64,000 nucleotides of DNA from Schmidtea nova (taxonomy: Eukaryota): positions 406,100,001-406,164,000 of the forward strand of contig CM097883.1 in assembly GCA_044892505.1 (NCBI GenBank), written 5' to 3'. Below, piece by piece: positions 37,101 to 49,914 of the stretch. The notes below the pieces were generated by a model, which was not told the DNA's origin, made no database searches, and was given only the letters and a program-made list of their open reading frames with translations. Numbering within the stretch: position 1 is the first letter of the stretch; each line of letters starts with the position of its first letter. The translations under genes and the position numbers were made by a program.

Positions 37101-38949
37101 GGCATATGTTAAAGATTTTCTATTGCGTCGCAGTTTTCTTTGTCCTTTTTCGTTAGGTGGTCGTAAACAAGAAAGGCTAGTCCATCAAGAAGTAATGGGA
37201 GAAAATAAAAATTTTCAATTTTTTATGCTTGGCCACTAACTTCAGTTTTAAAGTCAAGTGGAAAACTCACCTACTCCATCGTAGGGCTTTATAAATTTTT
37301 GGATATCAATTATGGCTGCGATTGATTACGAAAAAATAAATCCAAAATTAATATTTATTTCTTGTTATACTCACTGTTTTTCGAATTCTTCTTCACTCGA
37401 TACAAACAAATGATATTCTCTAATTAAATTGAATATGATTTAATTTAATTATCACATTCCAATTTATAAAATTAAACATTTACAAGTTTCGTTTATTTTA
37501 AAATAAAAAACAAAATTTGTCAAAATTTTATAATAAAACGAAAATCATTATTTCATAAATATATTACTAGAAATAAATAATTGTTAAAATAAAAAGAAAT
37601 TATAAGCTATAAAAATAAAATGGAACATCCCATGAAATAAAAATACAAAAATTGAATTAGTTCTAATCGATCAATGAAAACCGAAAGTGAAACTATTTAC
37701 GTATACAACGGCCATTTTCATAAATATTAAAACTATTTGAAATTATTGGTAAAGTGAGTTTTATGTTTTAATTTAAATTTATGCAGCTTTTATTTGTAAT
37801 TTATTATTACAATTTAACTGAAAAGCAAATTAATTAGATCTATTTTTGATTAAAGGTTTCTCATTTGATAATATAACTAATTTACATATATAATTTAGGT
37901 GAATTTTAATACAAATTAAATGTTTGGTCACTTGAACTTTTACTTAGTATTAAATTCATCTAAAAGTGATCTTACTATCAAATGAGAAAGCCTATATGAC
38001 AATTGTTTTCAAGTGGAATCCAGTTGAGTTTATTATTCTGGCCATGGATAAACTCTACAAATGGATACCCTCCGGAGTTAGCTAATCAGCAACTTTGGAT
38101 GCCAAAATGGCAATGTAGAAAACAAAACTTAATTAAAATCATTAAACAAATTCAATTTATGATCGTTATTTTTTACTCCAATTTATTGAAAAGCATTCTA
38201 TATAAGTTTTATGAAAAAACGAAATAATTGAAAAGAAAGATAACGATTTAAAAATGCAACATAAATGTAGATCCAGTCAGGAAAGCATACAAATACTACA
38301 AACATCAATCGCGAAACAGCCAATTTAATTACAAAATGAACGATAAATATATTTACTTATGAAAAGTATTAACATTTGAAAGTTAATGAACGATGTGGAA
38401 CGATTAATGAAAGTTGTGGAACGATGACGCAAATTAATGAAATGCCAAAAAATTCATATACTCAGAATTTAAATAACAAAAATACTAATGATATTCAAGG
38501 ACAATTTAAATTATCGCCATTGAGATATAATTCACAAAGGCGTTTCAATCGAATTTGCATTCATAATAAGAATCGCAGTTGCCAAAGATGAATTAAATTA
38601 CCATCCAAAGGATCGTCAGATATTGCTTGATTTGATATCAGATAATTCACATTTTCATAAGATTTCAGCACAACTTACAAGCCAAGAATGATAGATTAAA
38701 TTTATTATCAATTTGGATATCAGTTTGATTCTAGCATAATAAATTAATTCTAACAATTGTAATTATAATTGTAATTTTATTGTTAGTATAAATTTGTTAT
38801 TTATTAAATTTTCTAAATAAAATGGAAAGTTATGAAGATAAATGTGGATGATAAAATTTTGGGGAAAACAAGCAATTGAATTTAAGAAATATGATTAATG
38901 GCAAACATTAAATATGATAAATTTTCAAATTTATATTGCTTTAGAGGAA

Positions 38950-39399
38950 ATGTCTGAAAATACGTTGAAGATATTCAAAAGAAATTATTTTATAATTGAT
39001 TATGAAATCAGCAGTGATTTGATATGTGGAATTTGCAACTGTTCAATGACAACTGTTTGCAATGGTCCTTGCGGTTGTCGCTGTTCTGGCTGCATGGAGC
39101 ATTATTTAGATGGAAATGATAAATTTTGTCCCGGAAAATCAAAATGCTGTGAAAAGAAAAAGAAAAATTACGCAAACAATATTGCAAAAGATAACACAAT
39201 CAAGGACAGGATATCAGAACTTATCGTGAAATGTTCAAATTTGAATTCACAATTTTTGTTTGAAGTTATAGAAAATCACAAGAGAGCATGTAAAGGGTGT
39301 CTAATCAGCTATCCATTTTACACAATTGGATGTGAAATAAATGGAATAATAAATGACGAAATGAAAGAATATATAAATGAGTTCAATCACTGTCATAGT
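38950..39399 (+). pseudogene. TRAF-like copy 2, truncated (RING and degenerate zinc fingers only)
   Basis: Homologous to copies 1 and 3 (EISSDLICGIC..PCGCRC..EHYLDGNDKFCPG) with internal deletions; homology stops at 39399 where repeat sequence begins; no MATH exon seen. Confidence 0.85.
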
Positions 39400-42067
39400 A
39401 TGGGTGGCATTAGGGAGGAAAACACATATTCAGAGTGGCAACAACTTTATTTTTTGAAATGGAGATTAAAAGGTTTTAGTCAAAATGGAAGACCCTCCGT
39501 TTGCTATCAGAAATCTCCGAAATTAAAATTACAAGTCAAATGTTGGGACATCAAAGTGGAAATACCAATTTATTTAGTATTCCGGAAATTTGCAAACTTT
39601 GTTCGTATGTTTGTTGCTGATTTAATCGACAATTGTAATTATTAGTTCATTTAATGTGTTTCTAATAAATTTGCAACTGTGTTTGTTTTTAATTAAATGA
39701 ATGCGTAATAGTTGGTATTTCTTTGGTATCTTTAAATTCAGTAAATAACAATACTCCCAATGTTTATCATAATCTTCAACCATTTTTAAATTATGGTGGG
39801 TTTTTGATTGTCAATATGACCTTGATGTTTCTGTGCTCCCATCAACAACTCAACATAAAACAATAGTTTAACCATCTTGTTGCCCGTCACAATGTAACAT
39901 TTGTAATGCAACAAATAGGCGGATGTCCCCAAACAGTAAGCGTTGAAAAATCGAAACAATGAGTGACTGAACAGCTCAGTGGGTTTAAATTCCACAAGTT
40001 TTGATAATTTTTAGATCTTTTTAAGGTTATATAAAATTATAAATAATCCAAATTATTATCAGTAATTAAATTCTCGGCGAATACCCCCTTAAATAAAATA
40101 ATTTATATTACTCCATCTATATAGAAATTGTCTATATAGACCCTGCTGAGAAAATCTTGCTTCACGTTTCGTGAATTTTCAAAGGGTTAGCTTGCAATAA
40201 AGTGAGATTTTTCATCTGATATCTTGGTTGATTTTTAGGTTTAATTTAGATTTTTGGGATTCACATTAAGTGACAGGTAAATTTAATGATGTTGAATGTC
40301 GTCTATTTTATTCATTTTCTTGCAGTCAAAACAACACACAACCATCCGCATTACCCGGTAGAAACTGTCTCATTGCCAAACTACTAGAGATTCTCAGATT
40401 GTGAATTCTGGCTATATGATTTTCGATAAAAGTTTAGGAATTCATGGGAAAGATTTTCACTCGATTTCGCACTATTCCTTGGTTTGTAGATGTCGTACTA
40501 TCTTTGATGTATCGGTGTTACTTTACGAAGTTTATCCATAGAAGTTCAGAGATCGTAAATATCGGGAACTTTCCTCGGCATGGCAAAATTTTCTATTGGA
40601 TTTCGAAATTTATCGTCCAGAAACAGAGATTTGTGCTCCATTCGAGATATAATGTTCAATTTTAGAGAACCGGAATAATTTAATTAATAATAATTTAATG
40701 TTAGCATAATTTATCTAAATAAATTGGAAAGTTTGAATATGAATGTGGATAAATAAAATTATGATTAAAAACAAGCGGTAGAATTTAAGAAATGTCAATA
40801 AGGGTAAACATCATAAACATTGTTTATTGGTATCCGCGTCGGTTGTATGGCCATAAGCATTTGCTGTATTTATTATTATTAGGTGAAAATTGGCTGCATA
40901 GGCTGACTTTTTCTTTTAATAATTATTTAATAACTCAAAGTTTCTGATGGGAAATGCATTTGATATAATCCAGTTAAAGAACTATGGTGGAAACGAGGAT
41001 AAATTGGTTATTGAAAATGTTTAATTTGGTTATTCAAGAGAGTTCCGAAACGCTATCGAAATAAACACCAAACTTCTGGGTACCTTGTTTTTCATATAGA
41101 AAATATTATTAGTCTGATTATTATTAGAATATTGTTAGTTCATTAACCGGTTACTAAGAAGCGGCAATATTGAAGGTTTATTAATACCATTTGATTACAG
41201 GTCATATTTTGTAATTTTCTGGACATGGTAAGGTTTGCAGGTAGGATAAAGTGAATTTTTTTCTACGATAAGTATGGAATCTAAACAAATTACCAATTTT
41301 TATAAGAATTTATGTTACCATTTGACCCAAATCCAAATATTTCAATAAATTAGTAACTTGTTGATTGGTTAATGGCAACTTTATATTATCAAAAATGTTT
41401 TTGAGTATATTATTGCTTGGATCAATCAATAATTTGCTATGACAGTGATTGTAATCATTGATATATATATATGTGTGTGTGTGTTTGATATACAGTGATT
41501 GTATGTTTGATTGGTAATGTATATACTATGTATGTTGTGTATAATAAGAGAAGTTGTAGTGCCCGAGAGAGTCTCCAATTTAGTTCTGGGACACTCGGAG
41601 TGTGTGCTTATACTTGTGTGCCTGCGAGTCGTATTGCAACAAATCAATAAAAAATTGGAATAAAAAATTTATAAATAAAGAAAATTATAATAAACTTTTT
41701 ATTACGTTAACCAACAAAAAATCTAAAATCCACGAAAAGTTACTTTATATTTCGTTCATATAATTGTTCGTTCCTTTATACTTCGTAATTTGGTATGGGC
41801 AAAATATGCTTAGATTTTCTTTCCAAAATTTTCCCAAATAATTGACCGGATTAGTTAGATCGCAATTTGAATTGAGGTTTGAAATATTTGATTTTCTTGC
41901 CAAGATTTTCTAGTTAAGATTTTCCCAAATAATTGACTGGATTAATTAGATTGCAAATTGGATTGAGGTTTGAAATATTAGAAATATTTGAGTTTGAAAT
42001 AATTAGATCGCAATTTGAATTAAGGTTTGAAATACTTGAAATATTTGATTTTCTTGCCAAGATTTTC

Positions 42068-42170
42068 GTAATAGGTTGTAATAAATTGTAATAGGAATTG
42101 TAATAGGAATTGTAATAGGAATTGTAATAGGAATTGTAATAGGAATTGTAATAGGAATTGTAATAAATTG
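42068..42170. repeat. 12-bp minisatellite (ttgtaataggaa)
   Basis: About 8 tandem copies visible. Confidence 0.9.
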
Positions 42171-42483
42171 TTGTTTAATATTTTTTTATAATAAGAGCTT
42201 CTAATTGTAATTATAATTTTTTAATTTAATCATCGATCTGTTTTATTTGTATTTTGGCTCACTAGTTATTTACTATAGTAAGCCAAAATTAAAATTCATA
42301 ATTTCAATAATTATCTTAAGTTAATTATCACCTGAAAAATAGAAAAATAAAAATTAACAACAAAAAATGGGGGGTTCCGGTATACACAATACCATCCACA
42401 ATAATAATAAAAACAACCATGCCAATCATTCATGAACACAACAACATAGTCTCATTTCGTCTCTTATCATTCGATAAATACAG

Positions 42484-42880
42484 AATTATAAATAAATTTG
42501 TAGCTTAACTTTGATGCTCCAACATTTAGGAACTGATTTTAATTTCGGACATTTTTGATGACAAATGAAGGGTTTTGCTTTGTGACATAAATATTTTAAT
42601 ATACATTTAAAAAAATAACATTGTTGCAACTCTGAATATGTTTTTTCTCCCTAATGTCACCTGCACTTTCTTTTACTTTATCATGAATCTAAATCCCAAC
42701 TTTTTTGATTTAGATTTATAATGAAATAAAAGAGAGTACAAGTGGCATTAGGGAAGAAACATATTCAGAGTGACAACAATGGTATTTTTTAAATGGAAAT
42801 TAAAAGGTTTCTATCAAAAATGTCGGAAATCAAATGTTTGGACATCAAAGTGGAACTACCAATTTATTTAGTATTCTGGA
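42484..42880. repeat. ~400-bp imperfect palindrome (fold-back)
   Basis: Arms pair from the centre (gaatctaaatc / gatttagattt, loop ~42700-42710) out to gaatt..aaataaatt.gtag / ctaccaatttatttagtattc; left arm has small insertions. Confidence 0.85.
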
Positions 42881-43081
42881 AATCAGCAAAATTTGCAAAT
42901 TCTAATTGATCGTGTGCTTGTTACTGATTTAATCCTAAATTGTAATTATTTGTTCAATTAATGCAATTTTAATTAATTTGCAAATTCCGCGTTTGTTGGA
43001 TTTCAATTTAATGAATGAATAATAGTTGGTATTTCTGAACTGTTTTCATCCTTCAATTCAATAAATAACAATACTCCCAAC

Positions 43082-43702
43082 CAGGGTTACCATCTGTCCC
43101 GCCCTAGGTGGGATTGTCCCACACACCTAAGATATTTCCCGCGTCCCACACGCAAACTAATTTTCCCGCACGTCTCTCTAAAACGAGTTTAAAAATTTCC
43201 CATAAAACAAAATTAATTATACGTCTGAATTAAAAATATACAAAATATATTATTTGAAAATTTAGAAGTGGAATTAATGGGGAAACAAAATTTTGGAATG
43301 AACTGCATACAATTTCAAAAATTTTTGAAAGAGGATGATTCAATTCTAAAAGACATAAAATCTAAAGATAAATACCATTGATATTTATAAATTAATCTTA
43401 ATTTTTTTTACTTTTATTATTTTTGAATTTTTGATCTCATTTTAAGTTTATATTTTATGGTTGTATTCTTTTTTTTCTGTTTCGTTATGTTTTGTTAATT
43501 TATCTATTTTTCATTAAGCATATATTTTTTTATTATTTAGTTTTTTATTTTATTTTTTTATTATTTGTGACTATAATAAATATTATAATATATATATATA
43601 TATACATTGAATATTTGAAATATTCAAATTATGTGTTTTTTTTCTTTATTTCAATTTCGAGATTTTGTCCCGCATATTTAAATCTCAAAGATGGTATCCC
43701 TG
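43082..43702. mobile_element. hAT-type MITE (621 bp)
   Basis: TIR CAGGGTTACCATC / GATGGTATCCCTG; 8-bp TSD CTCCCAAC / CTCCCAAT; paralogous empty site with a single CTCCCAAT at 39754-39761. Confidence 0.9.
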
Positions 43703-45116
43703 CTCCCAATATGTATTCATCATAATCTTTAACCATTTTAAAATTATATTTAGTTGCGTATACCTAAATAATAAATAATTTAAATAACTTGAGGGAAAAC
43801 AGATAGGTGATTGAGATAGATATCTGAAGCTTGGAGAAGAAAATGGAAAAGCAAAAAATTTAGAAATGAGGAAAAGGTAATAAAATAGAAGATGTAAAAC
43901 AAGAAAATTAATAAGTGCAAGAAAAAAAGGAATTCCAAAATTCGAAAACGAAAACAAAATACGAAAACAAGACAGGTATATTGACAGCTGTCAGAGATAA
44001 CATGAGAACTGGGAAAACTTAATAAAAAGTAAAAAGTAAAAAAAGAGATAAAAAGTAAAAAAAGCAAATTATATCAAGTGCTGAACTGTTATGGGTAACA
44101 CGGGAACAGTAAAAGAAAACGGGAAATGCCAGTGGCAGGAATGAAAAAAAACAAATCATCACAAGTGCAAGATAATGGCAAACTATAAAAAGGAAAGACA
44201 TCAATTTTAGAACAAAAGTTTTGCGACATGAATTTTTAACAGAAGTTGTGGCAAGAAATTGTAAAAGATGTTTTCTGGCACGAAATTAAACTTATCAATA
44301 GAAACTTACTGAGAAATTTATTGAGAAATGTATCGAGAGAAATATTATTATTATCATTATTAAAAATGTTATTTGCATTATTNNNNNNNNNNNNNNNNNN
44401 NNNNNNNNNNNNNNNNNNNNNNNNNNNNNNNNNNNNNNNNNNNNNNNNNNNNNNNNNNNNNNNNNNNNNNNNNNNNNNNNNNNNNNNNNNNNNNNNNNNN
44501 NNNNNNNNNNNNNNNNNNNNNNNNNNNNNNNNNNNNNNNNNNNNNNNNNNNNNNNNNNNNNNNNNNNNNNNNNNNNNNNNNNNNNNNNNNNNNNNNNNNN
44601 NNNNNNNNNNNNNNNNNNNNNNNNNNNNNNNNNNNNNNNNNNNNNNNNNNNNNNNNNNNNNNNNNNNNNNNNNNNNNNNNNNNNNNNNNNNNNNNNNNNN
44701 NNNNNNNNNNNNNNNNNNNNNNNNNNNNNNNNNNNNNNNNNNNNNNNNNNNNNNNNNNNNNNNNNNNNNNNNNNNNNNNNNNNNNNNNNNNNNNNNNNTA
44801 TTTTTATCATTATTGAGTATTAGATGACAGAGTGCAATATGGAAAAGATATAAAAATAAAAAAAGGTTTTGTTTTCAATTTTGATAAAAAAAATGTTTTG
44901 TAAAGATTTTTTTTAAAAATTTAATTTTGATACAATTTACAAGGATTAGTATTTATTAATTTGTTTAAATATTTCGAATTCTTTATTTATTATTGATTGT
45001 TCTAATTGCTGTTCTGAAAATGACTGTTTTTCGGTCAAAATTAATTGCTTTTATGTGGAAAATGATAATTTGGAATTTCTCTGTTTTTAAATCATTTCCA
45101 TGTTTTTTTTGATTTG

Positions 45117-45121
<5 letters not shown>

Positions 45122-45206
<85 letters not shown>
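45122..45206. repeat. (ATT)n microsatellite
   Basis: Directly visible perfect trinucleotide run. Confidence 0.98.
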
Positions 45207-45207
<1 letters not shown>

Positions 45208-45850
45208 AATAATTCTGTGGTGCCTAATAACAATGTTGCCTAAAAAAATACCAAAAATTAATATTAATTACAGTTATCAAAAAATAATAAAATAATTATT
45301 AGAAATATAATAATAAGTAATACATGGAAAAATTTAATATTTATCAAAATAATCCTTTAATTTAAATTGTTATTATTACTTTCTCCACTTGGTCTTACAC
45401 TTGAAAGGTTAAGACCTCCTCTTACTTTATTTGCCAATAATAGTCATATAATTATATCTACTCTCCTAATTGTTGAATTTCTTCATTAGAATTAATTAAC
45501 TTCTTCATAATTAAATTGCGAGCTGATTTTGTGCCGAAATTAGGTAAATTCCCGCTATATAAAAGGTTTACATAAGACTGATATTCTTCTTCTGTATTTA
45601 TTTGAATTCTTGCTGGCATGAGAGTTATAAAAGAAATAAATTAAATATAATTTTTAATTGATTTATAACATTTTTTATTAATTTTTAGTATTTTTATTAG
45701 GCACAACATTATAATAAATAATTAATTATTTAATAAATATTGTTGCTCATCACTTGACATAAAATATTGTATTAAAAATAAGGATGATAATATAATTTTA
45801 TATTGATGAATATAAACTTTAGATATTCTTTGAAGAATAAATTTCTTTTA

Positions 45851-48064
45851 TTATGAAGGATTTTCAAGAAAGATGTTATTTTCTCGAGACTCTAGAGCTG
45901 CCACCACCAACTCGTATTTCCGTGAGGCTACCGTGTCACATCTACTGCTATATTTACCATTGATAAGTTCCTTTCGAATTTTACTTAGATTCACAATTTC
46001 ATCATCCGGAAAGAAGCAATTCTTGTTTGTCTGTCGGTTGGAGGCCGCCTCACTGATCGGGAGACCCCAAAAATCGAAAACCGGCTGCACGTTTTGGTCT
46101 ACTTCATTCGATATAGATTCCATCCATGCGTCAATCTTTTCTTGATTTGACTGAAAATCTGCGTTTTTGTGTTTTTGAAAAACATTTTTAATGATACCCC
46201 AATCGAAATTTATAACAATATGTGCAAAAATCATCGCCCCGAAATACGAATCACTTTTCCATGAATCATAGTTCGGATCTCTATCTAACATATAGGAGGC
46301 CATAAGACGAGTGTGGGGAGTAAAGATTCGACATCTATCATCTAAAATATCCCATTTCCAATGATAGTTGTAGTTGAAAAGAGCAAATAAGTTAGCTAAA
46401 GCGTCTTCTGAACCTTCAAAGATTAAAGATGTTGGAATGAAACCCAATGCTATTCTTCGCAAGAGTCTCCATGATCCATCAACTCTTATGAAGGTTTTAT
46501 TTATGAATTCATTCACGTAGGAATGTGTTAGAGATAACGGATATTCTGGCTCGCCATTATATATTGACGATTGTATATCCGTAACTATGCGAAACCGTTT
46601 GTGATTTTTGGCGAGTTCCCCGATCAATTGGTAGTTCAAATATATAATCTGATCCCAGTCATTAATGAGAATATCTTTAAGATAATCAAACGAATAGGGT
46701 CTGATAAAAGAGCTTTCCAAACAAAACGAGATATAACTTGTTTGCAATTCACCAAAAAGTCCCTTGGCAGTTTTCCTCTGTTTGTCCCATATTTCTGAAG
46801 TGATTTTGTCTTGTAAATTCAAAAATAACGTTTCAATCACATTCTCTAGCCGTATTACCAAATGGGTTTTAATTTCATAGCTCTTGAACCAGATAATTCC
46901 ACCGAAAGGAGAAAAAATTTCACCTGAGTCCTCATCGACGGTTTCGTTATTCACGGATACTTGCGGAAACCGATAGACTTCCTCATATCTTTTGTCTTTT
47001 CTAAAATTTATTTGTTGACATCCGATAACGAAATCCCAATTTCCTAACTTACTATATGTTGTATATTTTAATGTATCACCCGCTGCTAAAAAGTACCCGG
47101 AAGAATGAAATTCTTTTACTACATCAAGATCAAAAATCCTTAAGGTAACAGTTGTTCGGTCAATCTTTTCATCGTCCCGGTAATCTCCCGGGTAGACATT
47201 TACACAAGGCGCCTTATACCCACTATTAGCCATATACTTATAGATAATAAAGCGGTTTAAAGAAAATATTAATTCTTCCTTGTCTTTTTTCAGAGGAAAT
47301 TCTTTTATTGGGCAAGAGAATTCGGCTGGAGCGCTGTATTTTTCCGCAACAAGTCTGAGTTCAGTGGACATAGATTTCTTGTCTAACATGTAGGGTTTGA
47401 AGCTGCTTATAAGAGACTTTAACTTGTCGAATTTCAGGAGGAATTCATTATAGTTTTTAGCCATTCTTTTAATATAATTCGTAATACCGGGGTACGAGTT
47501 TAAGTTAGCCTTTGTTGGTAGCATATAGAAACCACTGGAATATTCTGGCACTTCGAAGTCAAAATCCAAGCGAAGGGCTTGCAGCATGAACATAACATAA
47601 CGCCACATCGTTTGCATTTCATCGTGGCTAGGTAACTCTAGCACCAAGGAAAACTTTCCAGCAGCTAAGTCATTTAGGATCTTTTTTTCACGTTTCTTGT
47701 CAATCAGTAATTGGGGGTAGAAGTAAATAATAGTACCAGGCGGAGGATCACTTCCGTATAACTGATTCATAACCAATGCGTCAACCCCATTTGGTGAAAG
47801 CCATTGAAAAATTGCAGATTTCATCTGCGCATTGTCTGGTTGGTGAATAGATTTCAAAAATATGTCATTTTTTCCGAACACCATCACTCTTCCTTTGCCG
47901 TATGTGCAGGCAACTGCGCAGAGAAAGATCGCATTAGGGATTTTAAGGATTTCTTCACAGTTGCTTTCAGAGTAGATTAATCTTGCAAGTTCCGGAGGGA
48001 AATTAAATCCAATTCCGGGTTTCCACATCTGATCATAAACGGTCTGAAAATAAAAATTCATCAT
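45851..48064 (-). CDS. TCAF/FAM115-like protein with an M60-like (enhancin-family) domain lacking HExxH
   Basis: 737-codon ORF. Ordered TCAF-like motifs: YGKGRVMVF, SSGYFL, IGC, PFGGII, FGEL, RIVTDIQ, EYP, ANLF, FDW, W...S..V.QN..P.F..WG.PI. May begin at a splice acceptor (48044-48045) instead of ATG 48064. Confidence 0.85.
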   Translation of the reverse strand: MMNFYFQTVYDQMWKPGIGFNFPPELARLIYSESNCEEILKIPNAIFLCAVACTYGKGRVMVFGKNDIFLKSIHQPDNAQMKSAIFQWLSPNGVDALVMNQLYGSDPPPGTIIYFYPQLLIDKKREKKILNDLAAGKFSLVLELPSHDEMQTMWRYVMFMLQALRLDFDFEVPEYSSGFYMLPTKANLNSYPGITNYIKRMAKNYNEFLLKFDKLKSLISSFKPYMLDKKSMSTELRLVAEKYSAPAEFSCPIKEFPLKKDKEELIFSLNRFIIYKYMANSGYKAPCVNVYPGDYRDDEKIDRTTVTLRIFDLDVVKEFHSSGYFLAAGDTLKYTTYSKLGNWDFVIGCQQINFRKDKRYEEVYRFPQVSVNNETVDEDSGEIFSPFGGIIWFKSYEIKTHLVIRLENVIETLFLNLQDKITSEIWDKQRKTAKGLFGELQTSYISFCLESSFIRPYSFDYLKDILINDWDQIIYLNYQLIGELAKNHKRFRIVTDIQSSIYNGEPEYPLSLTHSYVNEFINKTFIRVDGSWRLLRRIALGFIPTSLIFEGSEDALANLFALFNYNYHWKWDILDDRCRIFTPHTRLMASYMLDRDPNYDSWKSDSYFGAMIFAHIVINFDWGIIKNVFQKHKNADFQSNQEKIDAWMESISNEVDQNVQPVFDFWGLPISEAASNRQTNKNCFFPDDEIVNLSKIRKELINGKYSSRCDTVASRKYELVVAALESRENNIFLENPS

Positions 48065-49914
48065 TCACAGGGTTTGGGAATATTAAAAGGTTAATATAGG
48101 AGTTATAGGACACTTCAAAAGCGTTTTAGTTGATTCATTCAGAAGACTCATCAAAAAGATAAAGTAAAAAATATAGTATTTAGGATAATATTTTAATTCT
48201 CAAAAGAGGATACCTATGTTATTGAAAAGGTTGACAGGGTTTTAAAATGATTTTTTTATTAAGAAAGCTTAGCTTAACTTTTTAATGTTTCGTTAGCTTT
48301 CATTCCCATTTTTTGGTATATAAGGCAAATTACAACCAATCGTCAGTGATAGTTAATGAATCTGGACGAGTCTACCAAAGGTGAACTGACCGGTTATGCT
48401 TTGGAAAGGACAATTCCTTTTCTTTATAATCATTATTTGACTTCTTATTATTCTGACTTCGTTTCTTTTTCAATCTTTATTCAATCTTTGATATTGGACT
48501 CTGTCTTAAGCATTTTTTCAGTATGGGGACAACAATTTTGGTAAAATTACCAGTCATAAAAGAACAAGAATCCTTCAGTAAATCTTAGAAATTGTGAATT
48601 TCTAGTTTTTTTTTGGATTACGCTAACGAGATACGTTTAACAATTCAGTATATTAAAAAAATAATTAAATAAATTTACGTATACATGGTACCACTGACCG
48701 CCTCAGTATATCAGGGTAACCCCAAATTATTTCTTGCTTCCCATCTCTTCGATTATCATACACAGTGTACTACACCTAGGAGTCTCCGGGGTCTAGCAGT
48801 GCCTAACGCATGAACCGATCAACAGATTCGGGTTTTGTATTCACTTTCAATATTATACGCAAACATATTTCGATTGTCATAAATATTCAAATAAAGTTTT
48901 GTCTTATTTACAAGCATTATTATTATTGTGAGGTGTTTTCAGCTGAGAACTAAATATTTTAATAATTTATTAAAATAATAATAAATTATTTAAGTAATTA
49001 TTATAATTAAATAAGTATTTAAAATTTAATAATTTTAATAATTTCAATAATTTTAATATTTATTTTTAAGTTGGTAAAATGTATAATTCAATTTTAATAA
49101 AATATAATTTTATGAGTAGTTTTAGATTTATATATTTTAAAAATATTTTGTTCAAGGCTGAAAATTTGTTTAAAAAATTATATAATATTTTGTAAAATAA
49201 AATCTTGGAATTATGACTTCAACTTCTCAATTTGATTTAAAAAACAACCTAGAAGATGTTTATTATTATTATTGTTATTCTATTAGAGCCAGTAAACATT
49301 TTATGTTAAATCAATTATCCCCCATTGATCGTAACGTCTATTAAAGTCAAATAGATGACATGGAGTTATCAGAATTAATAGATTTTCAATACTAACAATT
49401 CGATTGACTCAACAGTTACCTGTCGACTTGTAGTCGGCATATATTATCCAGAAATTGGCTTTGTGATGAAATATTTCTATCTGATATAATTCCCTAATGA
49501 ATTTTTTACCTGTTCATATATTTTTAAAAAAATAAATATAAATGGACTTCATCGAACCTTTGCCCAAGGTCATAATTTTATAACATCCTGGCGAGACAAA
49601 CTTAACGAACAAGATCCCTTGAAGACTGGGGGATCCCTTGAAAAATAAGGGGAATTTCCATCATACCGCAGTCATTAATCTGCAAAGACTAATAAATTGT
49701 AATAAAAATAATATTATAGATGTTTAAATAATGTGCAATTGGTGCCAAAGTAGGGCTTAGTTTATTACTTTAAAAGCCTATTATCTAAATTTTTCAGAAA
49801 TCGACGAGTTACTCCTTATATTTTTGGATTTAAAAACATTGACTCACCTCTTGTGACACTCATTGAAAATTTATTGTATTTAAAACTACTATTAAATTTT
49901 ATTAAAAAACTAAC

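Noticed and set aside
43492-44204. Several hydrophobic F/L/I-rich ORFs resembling membrane proteins
   Set aside because: Low-complexity A/T-skewed DNA, partly inside the MITE; the composition is a by-product of T-richness.
48300-48600. Possible intervening exon or RT fragment between the lectin and M60-like sequences
   Set aside because: All minus-strand frames contain several stops and motif similarity is marginal.
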